From Mobula hypostoma (Eukaryota), in NCBI RefSeq assembly GCF_963921235.1, contig NC_086097.1, positions 114,454,001 to 114,518,000 of the forward strand: DNA of 64,000 nt, given 5' to 3'. Below, piece by piece: positions 23,154-36,700 of the stretch. The notes below the pieces were generated by a model. The model did not search any database. It saw only the letters and a program-made list of their open reading frames with translations, and was not told the origin of the DNA. The stretch's first letter is position 1. Each line of letters opens with the position of its first letter. A program made the position numbers and the translations under genes.

Positions 23154-26076
23154 TGATTTTGTTGGATGTTGTGTGATTGCCCTGAGCATTGAACCAGTGG
23201 GTTGTGTGTTTAAACCTGTGCTGGTATGGATGCTTCTGAGTTGGAGAGGTAACTAATGTGTATGTTGAGTAGGGTAGATATTCGTATTCCAGATGAATTG
23301 TTAATTCACCTGTTAAATACTGTTAAAGTTGTTGTCAAAGTTACGATTGCAGGGTGGAGGTTTGATGAAATGGCAGGCACAGACCTCATTTTACCGCAGA
23401 CTAGCGCTGACATAATGGTAGTGGAGCAGGCCGAATCCCAAGTAGAGTTTCCCAAAGCTGGGGCGGAGACGTTTGAGGAGTGAAGGGAAGGAGTGGTCAG
23501 ATTTGGAATGTCTAATTAGTCTCCGTCCCCCAGGGACGACTGAGAATTCTGTTAGTATCTGCATTTACCTCTCTGGCAAATAAATGGAAAAATGCCCAGG
23601 TCCAAAGTCCCAGCTATGGTAGGCTCCACTATTCTCTGGAATAACGTCCACTCCTAAAGGGGAAGAGGAGTATGAGATTTGGTTGGAGCAGATCTCTGAG
23701 TTGTTAGATGAGTGGCAGTGCTCTGATGATGTAAAGCGACAAAGATTGTTTGAGAGTTTGAGTGGGTGGGCTGCTGATGTTGTGAGGGCCATCAGGTCCC
23801 CCTACCCCTTAGCTTATGTGGCTGATTACATGGGAACACTAGAAAATGCATTTGGCATGACAGAGAGCCCAATGGAGCTCATGGCAGGGTTTCAGAACTT
23901 GTGTCAGGAGAAGGGGGTAAGTTTCTGCTGAGTCAGTCAACTTCAGGGACTCTCTGGTACCTGTGGGTTGGAAGAGGAGGTTGGTAGAGAAGATGTTGAA
24001 GCTGGAAGGTGTCTTTCCCGCTGACGAGTTTAATGTGAGTTGTTCCAGAGCACTCATCACACTATCCGGGTGACCGAGAACACTCCATTCAGAGAGAGGT
24101 CGTGGCGACTGGCCCCTGCAGAGGTGGAAGATATTTGGCAGCATTTGTGTAAGTTGAAGGAAGCTGGGATCATCACCAAGTCCTGAAGCACCTATGCTTT
24201 CCCATTAGTGGTGGCCAGAAAGAAGAATGGGGAGGTACAGATGTGTGTGGATTATAGGACTCTGAACAGGCGTACCGTCCCTGACCAGTATACAGTCCCA
24301 AGGATCGAAGGCATGCTGGCCTGTCTGAGTGTTACGAAGTGGTTCAGTATGCTGGACTTGAGGAGTAAATATTACCAGATCCCCATGAGTGAGGCTGACA
24401 AAGAGAAGACGGCATTTATATGTCCACTTGGATTCTTCCAGTTCAAAAGGGAGCCCCTGCAACCTTCCAGCGGGTCATGGTCAAAATGGGGGTGTTTATG
24501 AACATGCTTGAGGTATTGGTATATCTAGATGATCTCATAGTGTTTGGTTCCACCTTGGAAGAACATGAAGTGAGCCTGCTGAAGGTGCTGGGCCACCTGA
24601 AATTTGAAGGATTGAAACTTTCCCTGGACAAGTGCCAGTTCTGCAAGATGTCTGTTAGCTATGTTGGGCCTCCGATTACCGTATGTACTGCACATAGATG
24701 CCAGGTCAGAGGGTTTAGGGGGCGTCCTGTATCAGGATCAGGGCACTGGGCTGAGACCTGTTGCGCTTGTCAGCCGGAATCTGTTGCCCTCCGAGAGAAA
24801 CGATCCCACACACAAGTTAGAATCTCTGGCGTTGAAATGGGCGGCGGAGGATAAGCTGAGTGACTACCTCTATGGGGCCAAGTTTGAGGTGAGGACGGAC
24901 AACAACCCCCTAACTTATATCCTGAATTCGGCGAAACTGGATGCCTCAGGTCATAGGTGGTTGGTGACATTGTCTGCCTATGATTTCAGCCTGAAGTACC
25001 GACCCAGAAGCCGGAACATTGATGCTGATGCTTTGTCCCAACGGGCGCATGAGGGACTGGTCAGGGGCGAGGAGTGGGTGAGCTTTCCTGCCACGGGGGT
25101 GAAGGCCCTGTGTCAGTTTGCCATCATCGTGAAGGCAGAGGGAAGGCAAGGGCAGGATCGAGCAGTAGATCAATTGGGAGATTCTGATGATACCATTCCA
25201 CCAGTTTATTGTAACCCGTCTGCTCTGAAGACAAACCAGTTACCGGAATTGAGTTCTGGGGAAGTGGCAGCTGCTCAGTGAGATGACCTGGGCATCGGTA
25301 CTGGTTGGTCAGTGGTTGAAAAGGGAGACGAGGCTCAGGCGGAGAAGATGAAACATGCTTTGGTGCCTCCATTACTGAAAGAATGGCCTCGGTTGGAGTT
25401 GAAGAACCAGATCTTATACCGGGTCACGTCACTCCCGGACTGACCTTGGCATAGCCAGCTGGTTTTGCCCAAGAAGTATCGGAGGTTTGCGTTGAGGTCA
25501 CTTCATGATGACTCTGGACATTTGGGGGTGGAAAAGACCTATGGATTGTTCAGAGACCGGTTGTACTGGCCCTGAATGAAGTCGGAGGTCAAAGAATACT
25601 GCAAGTTGTGCATTCGATGCATACGGCGGAAGACACTGCCTACGCGGGCAGCTCCCTTGTCCCACCTACAGAGTACAGGGTCCCTGAACCTGGTGTGTAT
25701 GGATTTCCTGGCAATAGAACCCGATGCCAGCAACACGGTGAATATCTTAGTCATCAGGGACCACTACACCAGATATGCACAGGCTTTTCCTACCAAGGAC
25801 CAGAGGGCGACTATGGTGGCAAAAGTGTTATGGGAGAAGTATTTCATTTATTATGGCCTTCCCAGGTGGATACATAGTGACCAGGGACGGGACTTTGAGA
25901 GCAGACTCATCCGTGAGTTACTGGATATGCTTGGATTTGAGAAGTCGAGGACCATGCCCTTTCACCCACAGGGCGATCCCCAGCCTGAGAGATTTAATTA
26001 GACCTTGCTAGACATACTTAGGACCCTGGAGATCAGCAAGAAGAGCAGGTGGAGTCAACATATTGGGCATCTGGTT

Positions 26077-28804
26077 TTAGATGTGATCGAGGCAGAGGAA
26101 TGAAAGGTGGGGGAGTAGCATTGCTTGTTAGGGAAAAGATTACAGCAGTGCTAAGGCAGGACAGATTAGAGGGCTTGTCTACTGAGTCCTTATGGGTGGA
26201 GCTGAGAAACAGGAAAGGTATGGCCACATTAGTGGGATTGTATTACAGACCACCCAATAGTCAACGAGACTTGGAAGAGCAAATCTGCAGAGAGATAGCA
26301 GGCAACTGCAGGAAACATAAAGTTGTGGTGGTAGGGGATTTTAATTTTCAATACATTGATTGGAACTCCCATACTGTTAGGGGTCTAGATGGTTTAGAGT
26401 TTGTAAAATGTGTTCAGGAAAGTTTTCTAAATCAATATATAGAGGGACCAACTAGAGGGGATGCAATATTAGATCTCCTGTTAGGAAACGAATTAGGGCA
26501 AGTGACAGAAGTCTGTGTAGGGGAGCACTTTGGTTCCAGTGATCATAACACCATTAGTTTCAATTTTATCATGGACAAGGATAGATCTGGTCCTAGGGTT
26601 GAGGTTCTGAACTGGAAGAAGGCCAAATTTGAAGAAATGAGAAAGGATCTAAAAAGCGTGCATTGGGACAGGTTGTTCTCTGGCAAAGATGTGATTGGTA
26701 GGTGGGAAGCCTTCAAAGGGGAAATTTTGAGAGTGCAGAGTTTGTATGTTCCTGTCAGGATTAAAGGCAAATTGAATAGGAATAAGGAACCTTGGTTCTC
26801 AAGGGATATTGCAACTCTGATAAAGAAGAAGAGGGAGTTGTATGAAATGTATAGGAAACAGGGGGTAAATCAGGTGCTTGAGGAGTATAAGAAGTGCAAG
26901 AAAATACTTAAGAAAGAAATCAGGAGGGCTAAAAGAAGACATGAGGTTGCCTTGGCAGTCAAAGTGAAGGATAATCCAAAGAACTTTTACAAGTATATTA
27001 AGAGCAAAAGGATTGTAAGGGATAAAATTGGTCCTCTTGAAGATCAGAGCGGTCGGCTTTGTGCGGAACCAAAGGAAATGGGGGAGATCTTAAATGGTTT
27101 TTTGCGTCTGTATTTACTAAGGAAGCTGGCATGAAATCTATGGAATTGAGGGAATCAAGTAGTGAGACCATGGAAACTGTACAGATTGAAAAGGAGGAGG
27201 TGCTTTCTGTCTTGAGGAAAATTAAAGTGGATAAATCCCCGGGACCTGACAGAGTATTCCCTTGGACCTTGAAGGAGACTAGTGTTGAAATTGCGGGGGC
27301 CCTGGCAGAAATATTTAAAATGTCGCTGTCTACGGGTGAAGTGCTGGAGGATTGGAGAGTGGCTCATGTTGTTCCGTTGTTTAAAAAAGGATCGAAAAGT
27401 AATCCAGGAAATTATAGGCCAGTGAGTTTAACATCAGTAGTAGGTAAGTTATTGGAGGGAGTACTAAGAGACAGAATCTACAAGCATTTGGATAGACAGG
27501 GGCTTATTAGGGAGAGTCAACATGGCTTTGTGCGTGGTAGGTCATGTTTGACCAATCTGTTGGAGTTTTTCGAGGAGGTTACCAGGGAAGTGGATGAAGG
27601 GACGACAGTGGATATTGTCTACGTGGACTTCAGTAAGGCCTTTGACAAGGTCCCGTATGGGAGGTTAGTTAGGAAAATTCAGTCGCTAGGTATACATGGA
27701 GAGGTGGTAAATTGGATTAGACATTGGCTCGATGGAAGAAGCCAGAGAGTGGTGGTAGAGAATTGCTTCTCTGAGTGGAGGCCTGTGACTAGTGGTGTGC
27801 CACAGGGATCAGTGTTGGGTCAATTGTTATTTGTCATCTATATCAATGATCTGGATGATAATGTGGTAAATTGGATCAGCAAGTTTGCTGATGATACAAA
27901 GATTGGAGGTGTAGTAGACAGTGAGGAAGGTTTTCAGAGCCTGCAGAGGGACTTGGACCATCTGGAAAAATGGACTGAAAAATGGCAGATGGAGCTTAAT
28001 ACTGACAAGTGTGAGGTATTGCACGTTGGAAGGACAAACCAATGTAGAACATACAGGGTTAATGGTAAGGCACTGAGGAGTGCAGTGGAACAGAGGGATC
28101 TGGGAATACAGATACAAAATTCCCTAAAAGTGTCATCACAGGTAGATAGGGTCATAAAGAGAGCTTTTGGTACATTGGCCTTTATTAATCGAAGTATTGA
28201 GTATAAGAGCTGGAATGTTATGATGAAGTTGTATAAGGCATTGGTGAGGCCGAATCTGGAGTATTGTGTTCAGTTTTGGTCACCAAATTACAGGAAGGAT
28301 ATAAATAAGGTTGAAAGGGTGCAGAGAAGGTTTACAAGGATGTTTCCGGGACTTGAGAAACTCAGTTACAGAGAAAGGTTGAATAGGTTAGGACTTTATT
28401 CCCTGGAGCGTAGAAGAATGAGGGGAGATTTGATAGAGGAAAATAAAATTATGATGGGTATAGATAGAGTGAATGCAAGCAGGCTTCTTCCACTGAGGCA
28501 AGGGGAGAAAAAAAACCAGAGGACATGGGTTAAGGGTGAGGGGGGAAAAGTTTAAAGAGAACATTAGAGGGGGCTTCTTCACACAGAGAGTGGTGGGAGT
28601 ATGGAATGAGCTGCCAGGCGAGCTGGTAAATGCGGGTTCTTTTTTAACATTTAAGAATAAATTGGACAGATACATGGATGGGAGGTGTATGGAGGGATAT
28701 GGTCCGTGTGCCGGTCAGTGGGACTAGGCAGAAAATGGTTCGGCACAGCCAAGAAGGGTCAAAGGGCCTGTTTCTGTGCTGTAGTTTCTATGGTTTCTAT
28801 GGTT
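26077..28804 (+). mobile_element. Young 5'-truncated CR1 LINE (APE endonuclease plus RT) inserted in the Gypsy integrase
   Basis: ORFs 26049-27134 (YYRPP, GDFN, SDHN) and 27059-28555 (GNYRPVSLTS, DFSKAFD, GVPQGSVLG, KFADD). Tail tttctatggtttctatggtt. The host reads ...HIGHLV|HCYNCT... when the insertion is removed. Confidence 0.95.
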
Positions 28805-29514
28805 CACTGTTACAACTGTACACAAAATGAAGCTACTGGGTACTCACCATATTATCTGATGTTTGGGCGCAAGTTGAGGTTGCCCATTGACATTTGTTTT
28901 GGGACTGATGAGGGTGACTTACCACCGAAGACTTATCTGAAGTATGTGTCTGACGTGAGATGAGAGCTGAAAAGGGCTTATGAATTAGCTGGGGTCACGG
29001 CTGCCAAGCAGAATTGAGGAAATAAGAGGAGATATGATCAAAAGGTGAGGTTCTCCCAACTCCTGCCAGGAGACCGAGTCCTCATAAGGAATCAGGGGCT
29101 ACCTGGGAAGCATAAGTTGGCTGACCGCTGGGCAGCTACACCCTACGTGGTGGAGAGTCAGATGCCAAACCTATCAGTTTTGCGGGTGAAACCAGAGGAT
29201 GGGAATGGGCCTGTCAAGATTCTCCATCAGAACCACCTGCTGCCCTGGGACAAGAGGTGCAGGTAGACCCTGAGCCCGACGTGGAGTCTACGCCTAGTAA
29301 GAGAACTCTGCGAAAACGTGAGGCGACTGCAGGGCCCACAACAGGCAAGGTTAGTCCAGACCCCCGCCCATGAGAGGGAAAATGATTCGGAGGATGAAGA
29401 CCTGGATGTGTGGTATATGCTGCCTTTCGCTAACTCCCAATTGATTGAGGAAGAGACTCCCGGCCCTTCTCCCGCTGAGTCAGGTGAAGTGGGGGGGTGC
29501 TATCTTTGGGCAGC

Positions 29515-32046
29515 CCCGGTTATCTCTAGTCATAACGCAAGCACTGCGCTACAGAGGAACCATTATATTAACAGTGAAAACCTTCCCAGGGTGTTACACT
29601 CTCCCCCCACCAAATTTAGTCATGTCCTCATGACTTGGAGATAATTTGCCAACTCTTCCTGCAAAGCACAAAGTCCAACCCAGGTGTAAAAGGCAGTGAC
29701 ATAGCTCCCCACAGCAGTAGGGGCCACACTCTGTTCCCCCAGTGCGACATGGCCAGCCTATCCAGTGGTCTCCTAATTCTCTGAGACTTCCATTCCCCCT
29801 CACCTAACTCTTCAGGTTCAGACACTACCGGGGAGACTTCCGGTCTACTTTGGCAAGGCCTCCCTCGACCTATCACTCATGCCCACCTGCAACTCGGACC
29901 CCTCTGTCCCGTGGCCAAGCCCCAGTTCCTCCCCTGCAGAGTCCTGCTGTAACTCAGGCTGCCCACAGATAGTTTCCCCCCCCCCCACCCCCACCACTTC
30001 ACCTGACTCAGCGGGAGAAGGGCTGGGAATCTCTTCCTCAATCAATGGGGAGTAGGCAAAAGGCAGATCCTCTGAATCTGTATCCCACTCAGGGGCGGGG
30101 GCTGTCCAAATCTCTCCTGCTGTTGGTCCTGCAGTCACCCCACATCGCTGCAGAGTCCTCTTACTAGGTGTAGGCTCCAGGTCGGGTTCTGAGTGTCACA
30201 ACCACGGATTCGGCAGTGAGGTAGATACAGCAATTGCGTTTGTGAATTTGTACGTGTCAGCTAATTATTTAATTCTGATAGTACTTAACCCCATACTTGT
30301 CGTCGTAGTGCTTGTCGAGACTTGAACAGAGCATAGCAGCGCTTGGCTGCCTTCTTGCTTTTGGCCTTCTCTGAGAAATTGGACTTTTGAGTCAACTGAC
30401 TTTGAAGACTAGGGGTATTCGTTTAAAGTTTAGATTTTCTTTTCAGCCGCAGTGTAGGCTTTGTTTCTCGTTGGAGAGTTTCAGTTAACGGCCCTAGTGT
30501 TTATTGTTTATTTTCCCTTTAACACGGTTCGCAATAAGGTTTGTGAACTATCGGCCTGCTTCTGTGTCTCTCACTCCGCACTTGGGCCATATCCGAACCG
30601 GGTAACACTGGGTCAACCTGCACCTCTTGTCCCTAATGCATCTAGATACTTGCCAAGGGTAGGCTAGTTTTCACAGCTTTCACCACATCAGCCGCCGACC
30701 CCTTCAAACTTTCAAACAATCTCTGTCGCTTTTCATCATCAGAGCACTGCCACTCATCTAACAACTGAGAGGTCTGCTCCACCCATGTCTCATACTCCTC
30801 TTCCCCCACGGGGGTGGGCGTTATTCCAGAGAAAATTCTTAGCTCCAGCAGGGTCCCTCTGCCTGTGCACTGGGCCACATCCGCCAGAGAGGTAAGGGCT
30901 GATGCCAACTCATTACTCTTACTCTTCACCGGGGAACAGGGACTAATTGAACTTTCCAAATCCGATGACTCTTTCCCCTCACTCCTCAGAAACGAAAGAA
31001 CCCTGTCTCTGAAACCTCCACCCCCCCAACTATGGGCAACTTAGCTTGTGATCCAGCCTGCTGGGCTCCCTTCTCCTCCTCCCTGCCATGGCCCCACTTC
31101 ACCTGGGGCACTGACAGACGCTGGCAGTCCCACCACCGTTACATCAGCGCTAGTCTGAAATACAACAAGGTCTGAGCCTGCCATTTTATCAAACCTTTGC
31201 GCTACAATTTCAACTTTGCCAACAGCATTAACCATACTTAAAAATTGAATTAACAATTCATCTGGGGTATGACTATCCACCCCACTCAACACACACGCAT
31301 TAATTACTGGTAACCCCATGGAGGCGCACCACCACGCCACCCCAGCAGCATCCATACAAGCACAGATTTAAACAGGGCAATCACACAGCATCCAACGGAA
31401 TCAATCCCGGACGAGCCCCCACAATTGTGACACTCAGGCTCGGCCAGCTCGTGATCGTCTAGGGGAAAACAGGCTCTGGCCCCGCCAAACTGGGTAATCA
31501 TGTTTATGTGGATGCTGTGTAATGTATCGCCCAGTTACAAACCAACAATGCAAAATACCAGACAGTACACCATATGCAATTAAGTAATTGAACTTTATGA
31601 ATCTTATTTTGAATATAGCGTTAGTAATGAAAATAATAAAGGGCTCATTTCAAGGAAAACTCAAAAGTGTACGTTGGAGCTCAGTAATTCACCATTCTTC
31701 CACCATCGGTCTCCTCCGAGCGTCGCCGACCTTTGGACCCTCGGATCCCAGTCCACTCCGTCCGTGGTCTACCAGCTCTCTCCACAGACATCTTCCCTCT
31801 TCATCTCTCCTCAACCGAAGACGGTGAAAAATCTCCTTCCGGATTCACAAGACAGAGCAACAATCTTTGATTGGCTAACATACATACCACAGTCTTGTTA
31901 TCTCCAGCCATAATCTAAACATTGCTGCTACAGAGAAACTGTTACCTCAGCAGTGAATACTATAGAGAAGCCATTACATTTATCTTAGTAGTGAAACATT
32001 ACAGGTAAGCCATTACATTAGCAGTGAATCCTTACAGCACGTTACA
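29515..32046 (-). mobile_element. Gypsy element B, related to A, non-autonomous (pol deleted)
   Basis: 5' LTR 31426-32046 (TGTAAC...GTCACA on minus); PBS-Pro at 31404-31421; PNMA-like gag LRIFSGITPTPVGEEEYETWVEQ; PPT ggtggggggagag, then a 3' LTR starting at 29598 and truncated near 29515. Confidence 0.9.
30194..30607 (+). mobile_element. Solo LTR, ~400-bp family, copy 2, inserted in Gypsy B
   Basis: TGTCACA...GTAACA termini; flanks CTGAG/CTGGG; reverse-complement homologue of 4196-4607. Confidence 0.85.
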
Positions 32047-32363
32047 CTTGTGTACTGGAAATGACATTAAACGATCTTGAATCTGTCACCTTCCTATCAG
32101 CTTCAAACACTCTGGCCATTCTCTCTAACCTCTCTCATTGACAAAGCACTTTTGCCCACAGAAATGCTGCTCAATAGTTTTTTTTTGTTTGTCACACCAT
32201 TCTCTGTAAACTCTAGAGACTGCTGTGTGTGAAAATCCCATGAGATCAAGGGAATGGCAGCGTAAGGAAAAGGTCTCTCGACAAAAAAGAAGGTAAACTG
32301 CCCCAAAATCGAATTTAGACAAATACTTAATATTGCATAACTATATTAATAAAAGGGGCAAGG

Positions 32364-33347
32364 ATGATGTCTAAGAACAAGAATAAAAAGTCCGCTTCGA
32401 AGGCTGATAAACATAAAGAGATGCAGCAAGGCGACGGGCCTAGCTCCCCCACGGCAAGCCAGGACGGAGATAATGAGGGGGAATCGGTGACTCTGTCTTT
32501 GATTCTCGGAGAGATTCGCGAGTTCCGACAAGATAACAGCAAACAGCTGGAAGATATTAAAGGAGAAATAGTAAAAGCTAACTCGCGGATAGATGAAGCC
32601 GAAGCGAGGATTGTTGGAATTGAAGAGAAGCTACAAAACGCCGAGGAAGTGATAGCAGAAATGCTGAAGCTACAAGACCAGCTCCAGTGGAAACTAATAG
32701 ATCAAGAAGGCCGCTCGAGAAGGGAAAATGTGAGGATCTACGGAGTTCCCGAAGGAACCGAAGGTAAACCCGGATTGATGATTCCCTTAGTGGAGAAGCT
32801 GCTTAGAGAGAACCTTGATATACCGGCCGCAAAAGACCTACAGATAGAAAGGGCTCACCGCGCGTTGGCACCACAGCCTCCGGCAGGCACCCAGCCCAGA
32901 TCGATTCTGATCAGATTTCTCAGTTACAGAACGAAGGAAGAGGTGCTTAAAAGAGCATGGCAAAAGAAAGGTTTCATGTGGAACAACTGCAAAATCAGTT
33001 TAGACCACGACTACGCACCGGGGATTCTTGCCAGACAGAAGGAATATACGGAAACACGGAGAGTCCTGAAGGAAAACATCAGATTCCAGACCCTGTATCC
33101 AGCTTGGCTGAGAGTCTTTTATGACGAAGGGACAAAAACTTACGCTACGGTGGAGGAGGCAACGTTAGACCTGGCGGACCGGGGACTACCTATTAAAGTT
33201 ATCACCCAACCGGAGACGCTACTGGAGAGGATTCGGCAGAAGTCGTGGCAGTTAGTGGGGCGAGGACGCTCCACTCGAACCAGAGTGTCAAACTACAAGG
33301 AAAAGCTGCAAATATTCAGACGCGAATGTACAGAGAATACAGATTAA
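32364..33347 (+). CDS. L1 ORF1p (coiled coil, RRM, CTD), open 327-aa frame
   Basis: Heptad region, then EGRSRRENVRIYGVPE, IERAHR, PRSILIRF and LYPAWL motifs of L1 ORF1 (Transposase_22-like). Confidence 0.9.
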   Translation: MMSKNKNKKSASKADKHKEMQQGDGPSSPTASQDGDNEGESVTLSLILGEIREFRQDNSKQLEDIKGEIVKANSRIDEAEARIVGIEEKLQNAEEVIAEMLKLQDQLQWKLIDQEGRSRRENVRIYGVPEGTEGKPGLMIPLVEKLLRENLDIPAAKDLQIERAHRALAPQPPAGTQPRSILIRFLSYRTKEEVLKRAWQKKGFMWNNCKISLDHDYAPGILARQKEYTETRRVLKENIRFQTLYPAWLRVFYDEGTKTYATVEEATLDLADRGLPIKVITQPETLLERIRQKSWQLVGRGRSTRTRVSNYKEKLQIFRRECTENTD

Positions 33348-33709
33348 TTAAGAGAAATGACTGAAAAGAGTAAATCGGACTTAAAAGTAAAATGAAAAGT
33401 GGTAACTGAAAATAAACTAGGCGGAATAACTTGAATGATAGCAATATGGTCGAGACATAAATAGGAGAAAATTCTCTATGATTATTCAAACTGCTGAGGG
33501 CCCTCTAACACAGGGTGAAGATAGAGGTTATCCCTCTGAACTGAGGCGGGTCGGTGCTCAGGCCTCACTGTGGGAAGTCGGGAAAAATTTTCAAATGTTA
33601 TACGTTCAGAAATGTCTAGGGTGTGGTTATATGTCTTGGTTTACTGTTGAGAAGGGATTGCTTACTGTTTGGTTAGAAAAGGAGAGTGCTTTTTTTCTAC
33701 TAGAGAAAA

Positions 33710-36700
33710 ATGCAAACTGAATTGGTAAAAATAATTTCCTATAATGTTAATGGGGTTTTGAATCCAATTAAAAGAAATAAGATTATATCTAAATTGAAAA
33801 AAGAGAGGGCACAAATAGCTTTCCTCCAGGAAACACATATGAGTCAATCTGAACATGGAAAATTAAAAAGAATGGGCTTTAAGCATGTATTTTATTCATC
33901 ATATAAATTGAGTCACAAAAGAGGGGTAGCTACTTTAATATCAAGTACTCTTAATTATGAACATATTTCAGAGACTAGAGACAAAGAAGGACGGTTTGTA
34001 AAAATCACAGGAAGAATAGAAGGTACAGAAATAACATTGCTGAATGTTTATGCTCCTCCAGGTAGTGAATGGTCATTTTATAGACACATTTTTGACCTAA
34101 TGGTCAGTTCTCGAGGGGTAATAATTTGTGGAGGGGATTTTAATATTAGATTAAATCCTATATTAGATTCTTCAAGAATAGTTACTCAGAATAAACCTCT
34201 GACTCGGAAAGTGAATTCATTGATGGAGGAGTTGGGAATTATAGATGTCTGGAGGGAATTACACCCTACTAGTAAAGATTATACATATTACTCTTTCCCT
34301 CATTCAGCCTATTCAAGGATAGACTATTTCTTTATCTTTAATACAGATAGACTCAGGATAAAAAACTGTAATATTGCAACAATTGATCTGTCGGATCATA
34401 GCCCAGTCTCTATGTCTCTAATCCTGGAAAGGAAAATGAGGAAAACACTATGGAGGCTAAACTCACATATACTCAATAACCTGAAAGTAATGGAGAGATT
34501 AAGGGGAGAAATCAAAGAATATCTAGACCTTAATGACACGGGAGAAACATCACCAGTGATTTTATGGGATACATTGAAAGCTGTACTGAGAGGGAAAATT
34601 ATTTCCATTACTACTCACATGAAAAAAATCAATGCACAAAAATTAGCAGACCTTCAAGGAAAATTAAAACAACTTCAAGTTGTAGATAGCAACAAAAGTA
34701 ATTCAAATCTAAAACAGGAAATTAGGAAATTGCAAAGTGAAATTGATGATATTTATACATTGGAAACTCAAAGAAATTTTCTTTACCTGAGACAAAAGAA
34801 TTATGAAGTAGGAGGTAAATCAGCTAGATTATTAGCATATAAATTACGAAAACAACAAGCAGACAATACAATTCATAAAATAAAGAATCCAAAGACAAAG
34901 CTTGTGGAGAGTACAATAGGGAAAATTCAAGAGAGTTTTGAAACATATTATCGAGAGCTGTACTCCCAACCCCGGGCCCCCAATGAGCCCTATATAGACA
35001 GTGTATTGAATTTTTTAAATCTACCTAAACTTACAGATTTACAAAATGAAAGTTTATTAGAACCAGTAACTGTCAAAGAACTGAACGTGGCCATCTCTAG
35101 GTTAAAGGCTGGAAAGTCCCCGGGTTCTGATGGGTTTACCTCAGAGTGGTACAAGTTCCTGAAGACACAGTTAGCCCCATTACTACTTAACACCTTTAAT
35201 TGGATCTTGCAGAGAGGAGAAACTCCACCTTCCTGGAGAGAAGCGATTATTTCAGTTATTCCTAAAGAGGGTAAAGATAAACTAGAATGTGGCAATTATC
35301 GGCCAATTGGTGTTCTTAATTTAGATTACAAACTATTTACATCTATATTAGCGCGCAGATTGGAAAAGCTTTTACCTGGCCTAATCCATTTAGACCAGAC
35401 TGGATTTATTCAACAAAGACAAACACAGGACAACATAAGGAGAACTCTGCACATATTAGAACAGGTTAATAAGAACGAGACAGAGACAATGGTAGTAGGA
35501 TTGGACGCTGAGAAAGCTTTTGATTCGGTTAGTTGGGCATTCCTATACAGAGTGTTAGGAAGATTCGGCTTTCAAGAAAGGTTTATTAAAGTAATTCAGA
35601 CTCTATATGACAGCCCTACAGCCCGAATTAAGATAAATGGGGACCTCTCTGACTCCATTTTAGAGAGAGGCACTAGACAGGGATGCCCAATTTCTCCTCT
35701 CCTTTTTGCGCTATATATTGAACCACTTGCCCAACTAATAAGACAGAGCGAAATCGTAAAAGGTATCAAGGTGGCAGGGATTGAACAGAAAGTGGCATTA
35801 TTCGCAGATGATGTTTTGGTCTATCTGAGTGAACCAGAAAAATCATTTATAGGATTGTTTACACTGTTGGATGACTTTGGGAAAATATCAGGTTATAAAA
35901 TAAATGTAAAGAAAACGTAGGTTATGTCCCTAAATTATACACCATCCAAAAAATTGCAGGATACATACGATCTTAAGTGGGAAGCTAAATCATTAAAATA
36001 TTTAGGAATAACCCTGCTGAAGGATCTTTCAACACTTTCACAGGTAAATTATGGGCCATTAATCTCAGAGATAAAAGCAGATATGCATAGATGGAATCTT
36101 ATCCCCTTTTTAAGTTTAAATTCAAGGATAAATACTATAAAAATGAATATTCTTCCTCGGTTATTATATCTTTTCCGTACTTTACCAGTGGAGGTGGATG
36201 ATAATCAATTCAGGGAATGGGACAAATGGATTTCCCGCTTCATTTGGCAAGGAAGGAAACCTAGAATTCGATATAACACCTTACAGTTAGGGAAGGAAGG
36301 AGGAGGTATGGTTCTTCCTTGCCTGAGAAATTATTTTTATGCCTCACAGATAACCCCTCTGTTATATTGGTGTAATAGGGAATATAAGGCTAGATGGAAG
36401 GAAATAGAATTTGGATTAGTTGACAGTTTTCCTCTTCAGGCCTCAATAGCTGACAAAGGATTGATGGCCCAGTTGGAAAAATTTAATAATGCTTGGATAA
36501 ATCTTACATTAAAAGTATGGCAGAAGGTGGTTAATTCATGTGGAATTAATAACATGTTAAAACTCTTTAGATGGTGTGCATATGATACCGAATTCCTTCC
36601 CAACAGAGGAGATAAAAGATTTGAGCTATGGATAAAGAAAGGTCTTACAACCTACCTCTCATTTATAGATAAAAGAGTATTACAAAGTTTCCAAATCCTG

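Larger units (their letters stand above)
22750..29515 (+). mobile_element. Gypsy LTR retrotransposon A with PNMA-like gag; decayed, 3'-truncated, interrupted by CR1
   Basis: Partial 5' LTR ending GTTACA (23131), then PBS. Gag EQISELLDEWQCSDDVKRQRLFESL; RT CVDYRTLN and YLDD; RNase H HIDARSEGLG..RTDNNPL; integrase CKLC and HSDQGRDFES; integrase C-terminus resumes at 28805. Confidence 0.92.

Noticed and set aside
23683..23931. PNMA-family host gene (also 30642-31355)
   Set aside because: Flanked by LTR, PBS and pol remnants and disrupted by stops and frameshifts; it is retrotransposon gag.
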